Shown: piece by piece, positions 38,380 through 48,073 of the stretch
Layout: every line of letters begins with the position of its first letter
How positions within the stretch are numbered: the stretch's first letter is position 1
Origin: Candidatus Dormiibacterota bacterium
GTDB lineage: Bacteria > Chloroflexota > Dormibacteria > Aeolococcales > Aeolococcaceae
Reading direction: 5' to 3'
Length of the DNA stretch: 64,000 nt
NCBI GenBank assembly: GCA_963718525.1
Contig: OY970355.1
Location: 2,464,001-2,528,000, forward strand
Notes under the pieces: model-generated
What the model was told of the DNA's origin: nothing
Database searches by the model: none
What the model saw: the letters and a program-made list of their open reading frames with translations, nothing else
Position numbers and translations under genes: made by a program

Positions 38380-39533
38380 CGAAGCCGGCCGGCAGAGCGA
38401 CGATGAGCGCGCACGGCGCGGATCGTGTCGGCGAGGTTGTCGCCACCGAATTTCTCCATCGTCGCGGCGGCGAGGACCCATGCCAGCATCGCTTCGGCGA
38501 CGACCGCGCCCGCCGGCACGATGCAGATGTCGCTGCGCTCGTAGTGGGCGTTGATCTCCACGCCGGTGGCGATGTCCACGCTCCGCAAGGGGTGCAGCAG
38601 CGTGGAGATCGGCTTGAAATGGACCAGCACCCAGACCGGCTCGCCGTCGGTCACACCACCGGCCAGGCCTCCCTGCCGGTTGGTCAGATGATGGAAACCA
38701 TGCTCCGCGTCCCAACGCGGCACGTCGTGTACGGCGGAGCCCGGCGACCGCGCCGCGAGGGTCGCGGCACCCAGCTCCACGCCTTTCACGGACGGGATGC
38801 TGCACATCGCCTGGGCGATGAGCCCGTCGAGCCGCCGGTCCCAGTGCACGTAACTGCCAAGTCCGACTGGAACGTTCGCGGCCGACACGTATGCGGTACC
38901 ACCCAACGTGTTGCCGTTCTCGCGCGCCGCGTCGATTGCTGCCACCATCCGGCTTGACGCATCCTCGTCAGCGCAGCGAACCGGGGAGCGTTCGACCACA
39001 TCCCACGCCACCTCGCCCTCGGGCGCGTCGACGTGGACGTCGCCGATCCGGATCACGCACGAGTGGACGTCGATGCCGATCGCGGCCACGAGCGCGCGGC
39101 CCACCGCGCCGGCAGCCACCCGGGCGGCCGTCTCACGCGCGCTGGCTCGCTCGAGAACGTCGCGGGCATCGGTGAACCCGTACTTCAACACGCCGGCAAG
39201 GTCGGCATGGCCGGGGCGCACGCGCGTCACCCGCTTCGATTTGAATCCGCGCGCCTCCACCTGCATCGGCCCCTTCCAGTTCTCCCAGTCACGGTTGGGG
39301 ATCACGAGGGTGATCGGAGATCCAAGCGTCTTGCCACCGCGCACGCCGCTGACGATCTGCGCTGCGTCGTGCTCGATCTGCTGACGCTTGCCACGCCCAT
39401 GGCCACCCTGACGGCGACGCAGATCGGGATCGATGTCACGGGTCGCGTCGAGGGGCAGGCCAGCGGGAACCCCCTCGACGATCACCGTGAGCTGGGGGCC
39501 GTGCGACTCGCCGGCGGTCAGAAATCGAAGCAT
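38376..39533 (-). CDS. aroC: Chorismate synthase
   Basis: TAGESHG, RPGHAD, ERASARET, KPIST, ERSD. Confidence 0.97.
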   Translation of the reverse strand: MLRFLTAGESHGPQLTVIVEGVPAGLPLDATRDIDPDLRRRQGGHGRGKRQQIEHDAAQIVSGVRGGKTLGSPITLVIPNRDWENWKGPMQVEARGFKSKRVTRVRPGHADLAGVLKYGFTDARDVLERASARETAARVAAGAVGRALVAAIGIDVHSCVIRIGDVHVDAPEGEVAWDVVERSPVRCADEDASSRMVAAIDAARENGNTLGGTAYVSAANVPVGLGSYVHWDRRLDGLIAQAMCSIPSVKGVELGAATLAARSPGSAVHDVPRWDAEHGFHHLTNRQGGLAGGVTDGEPVWVLVHFKPISTLLHPLRSVDIATGVEINAHYERSDICIVPAGAVVAEAMLAWVLAAATMEKFGGDNLADTIRAVRAHRRSAGRLR

Positions 39534-39639
39534 CTGCAAGCGATTGTATTGACGGAAGCCTCGCGCCCCGATTGCTCAATGGCGCGTCCGCAGCCGTTTG
39601 TCCGTGTCGGGTCCTGACGGGCGGCCAACAGTGGACGGG

Positions 39640-39822
39640 ATGCGAGACGCGCGGCGCGACCGACAAACCTCCCTCGAGCATCTGCGCATCGCCCGGCTTC
39701 TCGACGCCCATGGCGACGTGATTGCGGCCATCTGCGCATACCGCGAGGTCATGCGAGAGGGGCCGGAGACGGCAGCCGCCGAGGCCTTGCTGCGGATTGC
39801 CGCCCTGGCGCGACGCGCCTGA
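39640..39822 (+). CDS. Small hypothetical helical (TPR-like) protein
   Basis: 60-aa ORF filling the gap between aroC and the next minus-strand gene. Confidence 0.45.
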   Translation: MRDARRDRQTSLEHLRIARLLDAHGDVIAAICAYREVMREGPETAAAEALLRIAALARRA

Positions 39823-39841
39823 ACGCGGACCGGAGTCCGGC

Positions 39842-40360
39842 TCAGAGACCTGCAGGTCGTATGGGGCCGCCCGCCGAGGGTGCGTTCATGGCGGCCAGCA
39901 TCTCGTTGTAGAAGGTCTCGGCCTTGGGGATGCGATGGAGCACCTCAACGCCATCTCGCCCGGCGGACTCGATCTCGATGTCGCCGGCGCCGATCAGACG
40001 GTCGCCGAGCGGACGGTGAATCACCGTGTTCTGAATTCGGTCGAGTGGAATCGTTTCCGCCGTCCTCGAAAGGACTCCACCCTCCATGACGATCCGTCTG
40101 TCGGTGAGCAGATACGTGGCGAATCGCCAGCGCAGGACGCGGATGCCTGCCCAGAGCGCCGCTCCGACGATGAGCACGAGCACGACGACGGTCTTCACGG
40201 TGGTGATCGTGACCGAGCCGATCGTCGCGGGAAGCTTGGCGTTGAGCACGATCGCGACGACGATGACGACGACGGCTCCGAGGACGTGGCCGGCCAGCAC
40301 GGACCAGTGCTGGCGCACGAGCGCGATCGGATGCTCCCCCGGCATCAGCTGCGTCGGCAT
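39842..40360 (-). CDS. Bacterial PH-domain membrane protein
   Basis: Two TM helices, then YLLTDRRI...GVL...IPLDRIQ...RLIGAGDI. Confidence 0.88.
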   Translation of the reverse strand: MPTQLMPGEHPIALVRQHWSVLAGHVLGAVVVIVVAIVLNAKLPATIGSVTITTVKTVVVLVLIVGAALWAGIRVLRWRFATYLLTDRRIVMEGGVLSRTAETIPLDRIQNTVIHRPLGDRLIGAGDIEIESAGRDGVEVLHRIPKAETFYNEMLAAMNAPSAGGPIRPAGL

Positions 40361-40395
40361 GGCCTCACCTCATCGAACCCCTGGACTCATGCGGG

Positions 40396-41151
40396 TCACG
40401 GACTGAGGTACAGGATGAGCGCTGCGCCCGCACAGAGGAACGGACCATAGGGTATCGGGTCTTTGAGGCCGCGCACGCGTGTCACCAGCAGGACCAGCGC
40501 CGTCGCGCCACCGATGAACACACCGGCGATGACGGCGTAGACGGCCCCGAGATTCGCGCCCGTCGGCCCCGCGCCCGTCACAGCCCCCACGAGCGCACCG
40601 AGCTTCGCGTCACCCAGACCGATGCTCCCCCTCGACACCAGGTTCTGTACGAAGAAGAAGGCACCCACACCCACGGCGCCGATGATCGAGCTGGTGACCG
40701 TCAGATGTGGCGACCACGCTGTCAGCACCACGGCGGCCACGATGCTCGGATACGTGACGACGTTGAGGATCAGGCGGTGCTTGAGGTCGAAGTCCACCAC
40801 GTGCACGAAGATCGCGATCCAGAGCAGGTGGATGAGCAGGCCCGGACCGAAGGGCTCGTGCGCCGCGAAGGCGCCGAATCCGATTGCTCCGAGCGCGGGT
40901 GAGAGCCAGCGTTCCAGCCACGTCCAGCCATAACGCTCGCCCGCCCAGGGGCGCGCCGGCGTGGGCTCCTCGCCGGCAGCCGCAGCTCGGCTCAGCTCGT
41001 CCGCCATGTCGCGCTCATATTCCAGGCGCTCCTGGTGCTCCTCATCCTGGAGCTTTTCGAACTTCTCGAGCGCGACTGCGAGCCAGCCGCATCCCAGGCC
41101 GACAACACCGCCGGCGACCGTGAGGCCGGCGATGACCAGCGGCGGATTCAC
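40396..41151 (-). CDS. A24-family (prepilin) peptidase
   Basis: DFDLKHRLI, GLGDAKL, IPYGPFL. Confidence 0.88.
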   Translation of the reverse strand: MNPPLVIAGLTVAGGVVGLGCGWLAVALEKFEKLQDEEHQERLEYERDMADELSRAAAAGEEPTPARPWAGERYGWTWLERWLSPALGAIGFGAFAAHEPFGPGLLIHLLWIAIFVHVVDFDLKHRLILNVVTYPSIVAAVVLTAWSPHLTVTSSIIGAVGVGAFFFVQNLVSRGSIGLGDAKLGALVGAVTGAGPTGANLGAVYAVIAGVFIGGATALVLLVTRVRGLKDPIPYGPFLCAGAALILYLSP

Positions 41152-41984
41152 GCCTCGACTGCCCGGAGCAACGCGTTCCGCACCGCGCCGGGTGGCGCCA
41201 TCCTTCCGGTCCAGATCTCGAAGCTCAGGAGGCCCTGTTGCAGCAGCATCTCGAGTCCGTCGCTCGCGCGATGACCGGTTTCCAGTGCTGCGGACACGAC
41301 GTCGACGGGGCGCGGGCCGTAGCGCAGGTCGACGACGGTGCAGCCCCGAGGGACTCCGCGCGGGTCGAAGGGCAGGTCATCAAGCCCAACCGGAGTCGCA
41401 TTGACGACGATTGCCGAATGCGCGCTCGTGGCAGCGATCGCGTCCCCGGCCCACGGGATGGTAGCGATATCACCAGAGTGCCGCAGCCGGGCCACGACGC
41501 TTTCGGCGGCCCCGTCCCGCCTCGCGGCGATGCGCAGCCTCAGGAGCGGAACACCGATGAGCGACAGGGCCACGGCTGCGGCGGCGCCGCCGGCACCGAG
41601 GAGGAGAGCCGTCGCACCCTGGCGCGGCCACATCGACGCGTGGCTCAGTGCCAGCTCGAAACCGTCGCTGTCGGTGGTGTACCCCACGAGCCGCCGCCCG
41701 CGCACCGTGATCGTGTTGACGACCCCGAGCGAGTCGGCGTCACCATCGAGGCGGTCGCATTTCGCCGCCATCACCGCTTTGTATGGCGTCGTGACGTTGC
41801 ACCCCGTGTAGCGCCCCTCGCGTAGCTCGGCGACGAACGCATCGATGTCCTCCGGGCGCAGGTCGCGCAGCTCATAGGTGCCCTCGACGCCGGTTGCCTG
41901 CATCGCGGCCTGGTGCATGACCGGGCTTGGCGACCGCGAGATGCCGGCGCCGACAAGGCACAGCCGGAGTGGGCGGGTGCTCAC
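41148..41984 (-). CDS. aroE: Shikimate dehydrogenase
   Basis: SPSPVMH, NVTTPYK, VNT, TTD..G, GAGGAA, NATP, GLEMLLQQ. Confidence 0.95.
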   Translation of the reverse strand: MSTRPLRLCLVGAGISRSPSPVMHQAAMQATGVEGTYELRDLRPEDIDAFVAELREGRYTGCNVTTPYKAVMAAKCDRLDGDADSLGVVNTITVRGRRLVGYTTDSDGFELALSHASMWPRQGATALLLGAGGAAAAVALSLIGVPLLRLRIAARRDGAAESVVARLRHSGDIATIPWAGDAIAATSAHSAIVVNATPVGLDDLPFDPRGVPRGCTVVDLRYGPRPVDVVSAALETGHRASDGLEMLLQQGLLSFEIWTGRMAPPGAVRNALLRAVEA

Positions 41985-42442
41985 GGGGATGTGCGCGACG
42001 CCGCGATACGCCGGGCGTCGAGCCAGTTCTGGAGCAGCACAGCCGCCGCGACGGAATCGATCACCTCGCGCCGGCGCTTGCGCCGGACGCCGCTCTCGAT
42101 CAGTGCGCGCTCGGCGATGGTCGTCGTGAATCGCTCGTCCCAGAGCTCGATCTTCGCAGCGGTGCGCCGCGCCAGCTCGCCAGCGAAGGTCCGGGCCGCC
42201 GCGGCTGCTTCGCCCTCGCTACCGTCGAGGCGGCGGGGTAAACCGATGACGACTCGGTCCACCCGGCGATCCTCCATCTCGCGAGCGATTCGCGTCCACA
42301 GGGTTCGTGGCTCGTTGGGAATGGTCCCCACCGGGGAGGAGAGTGTGCACGTCTCATCTGAGACAGCTAGGCCGACACGTACCGAGCCGACGTCGATGCC
42401 GAGGACGCGCGAACGATTGGTACCGTCCCCGGACGGGATCAC
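41981..42442 (-). CDS. ruvX: YqgF/RuvX pre-16S nuclease
   Basis: LGIDVG..RVGLAVSD, IGLP, DERFTT, IDSVAAAVLLQ. Confidence 0.95.
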   Translation of the reverse strand: MIPSGDGTNRSRVLGIDVGSVRVGLAVSDETCTLSSPVGTIPNEPRTLWTRIAREMEDRRVDRVVIGLPRRLDGSEGEAAAAARTFAGELARRTAAKIELWDERFTTTIAERALIESGVRRKRRREVIDSVAAAVLLQNWLDARRIAASRTSP

Positions 42443-44160
42443 GGCGGCTTGGTGGAGATTGCGACGAAGTCCTCGACGATCTCGATCTGGGATGCTCGCA
42501 GGGGAAGATAGAAGAGCTGGAACGGCCATTCCGAGACCTTCACGCCCTGGACCTTGGCGACGTTGCTCTCCACGATCTTCTGGGCGTTCCCTGGATTGCG
42601 GCCGGTGAGCTGCGCTTTGAGGCCGTTGAGGTTGACGGTGGGCTGGCTGAACGCAGTCGCCGAGCACGCGAGGACCACAGTCCCGTTCACGTTCGCCTGG
42701 GTTACGGCACAGGGCGGCGTTGTCAAGCTGCCCTTGGCCAGCACGTCACCGGGTTTGACGAGCCTGTCGAGATCGGCGATGACGTCGTTGCGCACGGCGA
42801 TCGCGTCATAGATGGCGGCCTGTTCCGCGCCGGCGACCTGAATCTGGGTCGCGGCGAACTGCGCGTTCACAGCGGGGAGCGCCGGCTTCACGGAGAACGA
42901 GATCGCCTGCCCCCCGCCCGTCGGATCCTTGGCGACCGTCTTGCCCGCCGCCCTCGCCTGGAGATCGGTCCCGAGCTGGGAGGTGAGCTGCGTTTCGATC
43001 TGGGTGACCTGGGCCGTCCAGTTAGCGACGTCGGTTGCACTTGCCGCAGTGACCTGTTTCGGATCGGCACCGCCCGTGGCCGCGCTCTGGTTGGTCAGCG
43101 CGATGTGGATGCCCGGGCAGAGCACGCCGGGGCAGGGATCGCCCTGCCATGAGGTGAGGCTCCCGCTCGGAACATTGCCACTTGCCCCGGCCGTCAGGTC
43201 GGCATAGGGCGCCGTGGCGTTATACGGATGCCCGCTGCAGGCTCCAGTCGGCGGTGGATTGGCCGGCCCAATACAGATGAAGGTGCTCCGGGTGGGGGCG
43301 AACGTGATGGATTGGTCGGACGTCTGCACGTACGAGCTCGTGTTGTTGGTCGGCAGCTGAAACCCGATGTCGGAGGGGGCATCAGTCGAGAAGAGCACGG
43401 TCGCCCGCGCCGCCACCGCCGGGACCGTTGTGGTTCCAGTCGGAGTTGCCTGAAACTGCGATTGGGTCTGGCTCGCGACGATACCGGTGAGGACATGGTC
43501 CTGCTGGGTCGCCGCAGTCGGATTGGTGGTGCCCTGGATCGTCGAGTTCACCGACAGCGGCGTCGCTGCAATCGTGATGGTGAGCTTCGCGTTTGGCCCC
43601 AGCGCCATGAACAGGATGATGCCGAGGACGGCGACCGCGGCGCCGGCCACGTAGAGGAAGCGCCGGCGATCCCAGCCGCGCGAGGGCCGCGCGGGCGGTA
43701 TCTGGGTGATGACGCGGCGCGGCTCGAGCCGCGCAGTTGCCGGCGCGTGGGTCGGCGGGGTGAGCGTCGGAGGCGCCGGTGGGGGCGCCGGAGGCGGCTC
43801 CAGCACCGCGGCTGCGGCGGCTGCGCCGGCAGCCCCGGCTCCGGCGCCTCTGCTCAGGCCGGCACCACCGGTGCGTGGGCCGGCCAGCTCGATGCCACGC
43901 TCGAATGCCGGCACGGATCCGTAGACCTGCAGTCCATTGGCGCGAGCGAGCTGCTGGAGGCGCGGATCCTCGGTGACGATCGACGTCCGCCGGCCCGACT
44001 GATTGCTGAACTGAGCCAGCAGGCGGACGTTGAGGGGCGTCTGCAGGGCGCGATTGGAGCCCGGCACGACCAGTCCAACGTCGGGGTCGGCCGACGCGCG
44101 AACCCGATCGATGAGATCAACGATCTCGTCGTCGGCCCGGGCTATGAGAACAGCCGTCAT
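42439..44160 (-). CDS. Single-pass membrane protein with baseplate J/gp47-like extracytoplasmic domain
   Basis: Cytoplasmic N-domain, Pro-rich linker, TM, then A.ATV.F...AGASGNV...N..AATGGAD motifs. Family call from motif memory. Confidence 0.65.
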   Translation of the reverse strand: MTAVLIARADDEIVDLIDRVRASADPDVGLVVPGSNRALQTPLNVRLLAQFSNQSGRRTSIVTEDPRLQQLARANGLQVYGSVPAFERGIELAGPRTGGAGLSRGAGAGAAGAAAAAAVLEPPPAPPPAPPTLTPPTHAPATARLEPRRVITQIPPARPSRGWDRRRFLYVAGAAVAVLGIILFMALGPNAKLTITIAATPLSVNSTIQGTTNPTAATQQDHVLTGIVASQTQSQFQATPTGTTTVPAVAARATVLFSTDAPSDIGFQLPTNNTSSYVQTSDQSITFAPTRSTFICIGPANPPPTGACSGHPYNATAPYADLTAGASGNVPSGSLTSWQGDPCPGVLCPGIHIALTNQSAATGGADPKQVTAASATDVANWTAQVTQIETQLTSQLGTDLQARAAGKTVAKDPTGGGQAISFSVKPALPAVNAQFAATQIQVAGAEQAAIYDAIAVRNDVIADLDRLVKPGDVLAKGSLTTPPCAVTQANVNGTVVLACSATAFSQPTVNLNGLKAQLTGRNPGNAQKIVESNVAKVQGVKVSEWPFQLFYLPLRASQIEIVEDFVAISTKPP

Positions 44161-44166
44161 CGGCGC

Positions 44167-45432
44167 CTATACCTTCATCGTCTTCAAAACGCGGCGCATG
44201 AGCCCGCCGAGGGGCTCGTCCGCGTCATCTTCCAGCGTCACAGCGTGACGCGCAAGCCCCATCGGGGTGACGTCCTGGCTCCCGACCAGGAGACCGGTCG
44301 TGTCGTACACGCCGGTGACGTCGCCCGGACCGAGGACCTTGACCGTCGGAGGGCGGGTGAACGGAACCGTGTCCGACCAGTCGAGGATTCGAAGTTGCTC
44401 GGCCACCTCGGGCAGCGCCGCGCCGCCGCCGGCGAGGCAGATCGAACCCGGGAGGGGGTCCGGTCCCGCGAGCTCTTCGAGGGTCAGCGCCACGCCTTGG
44501 GCGAGCACCTCCGCGGTGGGCGTCAGCGCTCGGCGGGCCATCGCGCTCTGCTCTGCCGCCAGGTGGCCCTCACTGTGCGCAACCTTGAAACGCTCCGCCT
44601 CATCGAGATCCATCGAGAGATCGGTCGCGAGACGCTTGGTGAACGAGCGGCCGCCGAGGGCGAACATCCTGGTGGCCTCGATGCCGCCCCGCCGGACCAC
44701 CGCGATGTCGGTGGTCCCGCCGCCGACGTCGACGAAGATGGCTCCCAACTCGTGGGACTCGGCTGACGCGCAGCCACGGGCCAGCGCGTACGGCTCGGCA
44801 ACCGTGGCCACGAGCTCGAGGTCGAGCTCCTGGGCGATGGCCTGCAGCGCGCCGATGTGCGTGAGCGGAGCGAACGTGTTGAACACAGTGATTTCGACGA
44901 CGTGGCCCTGGAAGTCCACCGGGTTGCTGACCGCGTAGCCGTCGATGCGCACCGAGGTGATCGTGCTGTGGACCAGCTTGACGTTCACCTCCTGCACGCC
45001 CAGGTCGTGCGACATCTGACGCACCGCTTCTCGCAGCGCTCGTCGCTGCACGGCCTGGAGCGCCGTTGCGAGATCAGCCTGGGTGATGCGGGCCTGTGGC
45101 TGAGGCCTCGGCATGGTCATGGTGGTGCTGAAGCCGCGGACCTGCTCCCCCGCGATACCGATGACGGCCTGACCGGGGATGGTCTCGCACATGTCCTCGG
45201 CTTCGGTGAGGGCGCGGTCGCAGTTGTCGATGACCGCCTGGAGATCCGCGACGGCGCCGGCCTGCATGTGCGTCTGTGCCTGACGCACCTTGCCGACCCC
45301 GAGCACGATGCCCTTGTCGTTCTCGCGTTTGACGATCAACGCCTTGACGAACTCGGTCCCGATGTCGAGGACCGTGTAATGGCTCTGGAACTCCTCACGC
45401 CGCTTCAGGAGCGCGAACTTGCGCTTGCCCAT
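44167..45432 (-). CDS. FtsA-like actin-fold ATPase
   Basis: LDIGTEFVKA, AEPYALA, VDVGGGTTDI, LGGRSFT, LAGGGA. Confidence 0.85.
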   Translation of the reverse strand: MGKRKFALLKRREEFQSHYTVLDIGTEFVKALIVKRENDKGIVLGVGKVRQAQTHMQAGAVADLQAVIDNCDRALTEAEDMCETIPGQAVIGIAGEQVRGFSTTMTMPRPQPQARITQADLATALQAVQRRALREAVRQMSHDLGVQEVNVKLVHSTITSVRIDGYAVSNPVDFQGHVVEITVFNTFAPLTHIGALQAIAQELDLELVATVAEPYALARGCASAESHELGAIFVDVGGGTTDIAVVRRGGIEATRMFALGGRSFTKRLATDLSMDLDEAERFKVAHSEGHLAAEQSAMARRALTPTAEVLAQGVALTLEELAGPDPLPGSICLAGGGAALPEVAEQLRILDWSDTVPFTRPPTVKVLGPGDVTGVYDTTGLLVGSQDVTPMGLARHAVTLEDDADEPLGGLMRRVLKTMKV

Positions 45433-48044
45433 CAGGCGGCGCTTCCCATCGTCTCGGTGATGGTCTGACGAACCGCCGACACGGCGGCTTCCCGTTTGGC
45501 TGGGTCGCCAACCTTGCCCCGGCCGAGGTCGGGGCGTCCCCCGCCCTTGCCGCCGGTGATCGCCGCGGCACCGGTGACCAGCGTGCCGGCGTGGATGCCG
45601 GCGTCGAGGGCACGACCCCCGACCTTGATCACCAGCGTGGCTGGACCGAGCACCGCCGCGACCCCGTCGCCGTGGAGCCGGTCGGCGAGCAGGCGGTCGC
45701 CGGCCTGGGAGACGGATTCGGCGTCGACGTCGCCGTCGAGGAGGACGTGGGCGAAGGGGACACCGGCGACGTCCTCCACCACCGCGGCGTCGATGGGCGC
45801 CGTCGGTGGCGCGGCATGGCGCGCCTGGCCGACCTCCTTGGTCAGCTTCCGTACCTGGTCCTGCAGAGCGGCGACCCGTTCGGGGACCTCCTCCGGGCGG
45901 GTCTTGAGCGCCCGTGCCGTGGTCTGGAGCGCCGACCCGAGACGCCGCCAGCGCTCCTCGGCGCTTTCGCCCGCAACGAGCTCGATGCGACGGATGCCCT
46001 GACCGATGCTGCTCTCCGAGACGATGATCGCTGCGCCGACGTCACCACTCCGGCTCACATGGGTGCCGCCGCACAGCTCTCGCGACCAGCCCCCGAAGTC
46101 GACGACGCGAACGTCGGGCGAGTACGCCTCATCGATCAGCGCGATGGCCCCGCTGGCGCGCGCGTCCGCAAGCGGCATGAGCGCGACGGTTCGTGCAAGG
46201 TTGCGCCGGATGCCGTCATTGACCCGATGTTCGATCTCGCTCAGCTCCTCGGAGATCAATGGCCTCGAGAACGCGAAGTCGAACGTCGTGTGGTCCGGCC
46301 CGACGAACGAACCGCGCTGCACGACGCCCTCGCCCAGAACCTCGCGAAGGGCGCGATTCAGCAGATGCGTGGCGCTGTGGTGGCGCGCGATCCTGCCTCG
46401 ACGGATCTCGTCGACATGAGCGTGCACCGCCTGACCCGGTCGCAGCTCGCCTGCCTCGACGAGCACGTCGTGCGCCCGGGCATCACTGCCCGCGACCGGC
46501 TGGGTGTCCCGGACGACGCCACTCCCCCCGGGCCACGACAGCGTCCCGCTGTCCCCCACCTGGCCTCCGGCCTCGGCGTAGAAGGGCGAGACATCGAGCA
46601 GCACCGGGCCGGCTTCTCCTCTGCCGAGGAACTCGATCTGGTTGTCGAGCCCGATGCGCAGTACGGTGGCGTCCGCCTCCAGAACGTCGTAGCCGACGAA
46701 GCGGGTCGGCGGGAGGGCGTCAGCACCCGCAAAACCCACGCGGCGCGCTGACGCCTGTCCGCGCTCTCGCTGTTGCTGCATCGCGGTCTCGAATCCCCGG
46801 AGATCGACCGTGGCTCCGCGCTCGGCTGCCATCTCGACCGTTAACTCGATTGGGAGCCCGAAGGTGTCATAGAGACGGAACGCATCAGCGCCATCGATCG
46901 TCGCCGGATTTCTCGCGAGCAGCGCCGCGAGCCGTTCGGTGGCCGCATCGAGGGTCCTGGCAAAGCCCTCCTCTTCGATCTCCAGGGTTTCCCTGATCAG
47001 TCCACGGAACTCGACGAGCTCCGGATAGACGGCACCCATGACCCCGACGAGGTCGTCGGTACCGGCCGCGAGCCCACCGCTGAGCGCCACCCGCCGGCCG
47101 TGGACTGCCGCGCGCCGGATGAGCCTCCGGAGCACGTAACCGCGACCGTCATTCGAGGGGAGCACGCCGGCGCTGACCAGGAACCCCGCACCCCGAAGGT
47201 GGTCGGCGAGGACGTAGAGCGATCGTGTGAGCTCCGGGTCCGAGATCGGCTTGGTCGCGCGCGCACGAAAGCCGTCGACCAGCGGGGCGAAGTGGTCCGT
47301 GCCATACCCGGTGCGGTCGCCCTGGACGATCGCCACGATCCGGTCGAATCCCAGGCCGGTATCGACCGTCGGATTGGGCAGCGGCAGCCTCGACCCATCC
47401 GGCTGCTGATCGAACTCCATGAACACCAGGTTCCAGAACTCCTCGAAGCGGTCGCCCCCGCATTCATCCTGCGGGGTGCAGTCGGTCCGGCCGCAGGAGC
47501 ATGCGCCGCCCCAGTCGAAATACAGCTCGCTGTCGTACCCGGACGGTCCGGTCGGCCCGGCGGCCCACCAATTCTCGGTGAGGCGCGAGATGCGCTCCCG
47601 CGGCACGCCGATCTTCTCGACCCAAAGCCGCTCGGACTCGGTGTCATCGGGGTAGATGCTCGGCCAGAGGCGGTCAGGATCGAGCCCGAGGACCTCGGTT
47701 GAAAACTCCCACGCGTAATCGATGGCTCCCTCTTTGAAGTAGTGGCCAATCGACCAGTTGCCAAGCATCTCGAAAAACGTGTGATGCGTCGGGTCACCGA
47801 CAGATGCCATGTCGTCGTATTTCAGGCCTGCGCCACGAAAGCATTTCTGACAGGAGGCGAGGTCGCGCGACGGCGGCGTTCGCTGCCCCGTGATCCACGG
47901 TTTCAACGGCACCATTCCGGCCACGACGAAGAGAAGCGACGGATCGTCGTGGGGGACGAGCGGAAAGCTCGGGAGACGGTAGTGTCCGCGCTCCTCGAAG
48001 AAGCGAAGAAATCGCTCCCGGATCTCAGAGCTGAGCACGTGCAA
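45432..48044 (-). CDS. alaS: Alanine--tRNA ligase
   Basis: HHTFFEMLGN, WNLVFM, DTGLG, GRGYVLRR, HSATHLL, ELCGGTH, KGGG. Confidence 0.98.
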   Translation of the reverse strand: MHVLSSEIRERFLRFFEERGHYRLPSFPLVPHDDPSLLFVVAGMVPLKPWITGQRTPPSRDLASCQKCFRGAGLKYDDMASVGDPTHHTFFEMLGNWSIGHYFKEGAIDYAWEFSTEVLGLDPDRLWPSIYPDDTESERLWVEKIGVPRERISRLTENWWAAGPTGPSGYDSELYFDWGGACSCGRTDCTPQDECGGDRFEEFWNLVFMEFDQQPDGSRLPLPNPTVDTGLGFDRIVAIVQGDRTGYGTDHFAPLVDGFRARATKPISDPELTRSLYVLADHLRGAGFLVSAGVLPSNDGRGYVLRRLIRRAAVHGRRVALSGGLAAGTDDLVGVMGAVYPELVEFRGLIRETLEIEEEGFARTLDAATERLAALLARNPATIDGADAFRLYDTFGLPIELTVEMAAERGATVDLRGFETAMQQQRERGQASARRVGFAGADALPPTRFVGYDVLEADATVLRIGLDNQIEFLGRGEAGPVLLDVSPFYAEAGGQVGDSGTLSWPGGSGVVRDTQPVAGSDARAHDVLVEAGELRPGQAVHAHVDEIRRGRIARHHSATHLLNRALREVLGEGVVQRGSFVGPDHTTFDFAFSRPLISEELSEIEHRVNDGIRRNLARTVALMPLADARASGAIALIDEAYSPDVRVVDFGGWSRELCGGTHVSRSGDVGAAIIVSESSIGQGIRRIELVAGESAEERWRRLGSALQTTARALKTRPEEVPERVAALQDQVRKLTKEVGQARHAAPPTAPIDAAVVEDVAGVPFAHVLLDGDVDAESVSQAGDRLLADRLHGDGVAAVLGPATLVIKVGGRALDAGIHAGTLVTGAAAITGGKGGGRPDLGRGKVGDPAKREAAVSAVRQTITETMGSAA

Positions 48045-48073
48045 AAGAATTCGACAGCAAGTTGTCGAATTCT
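48043..48073 (-). terminator. Hairpin between the sigma gene and alaS (terminator-like)
   Basis: Perfect 11-bp stem AGAATTCGACA/TGTCGAATTCT, 6-nt loop, short T-run. Confidence 0.5.

Noticed and set aside
42439-44160. Baseplate-like gene as evidence of a prophage or contractile injection system
   Set aside because: No sheath, tube, spike or capsid genes are nearby. It is membrane-anchored and embedded in a housekeeping operon.
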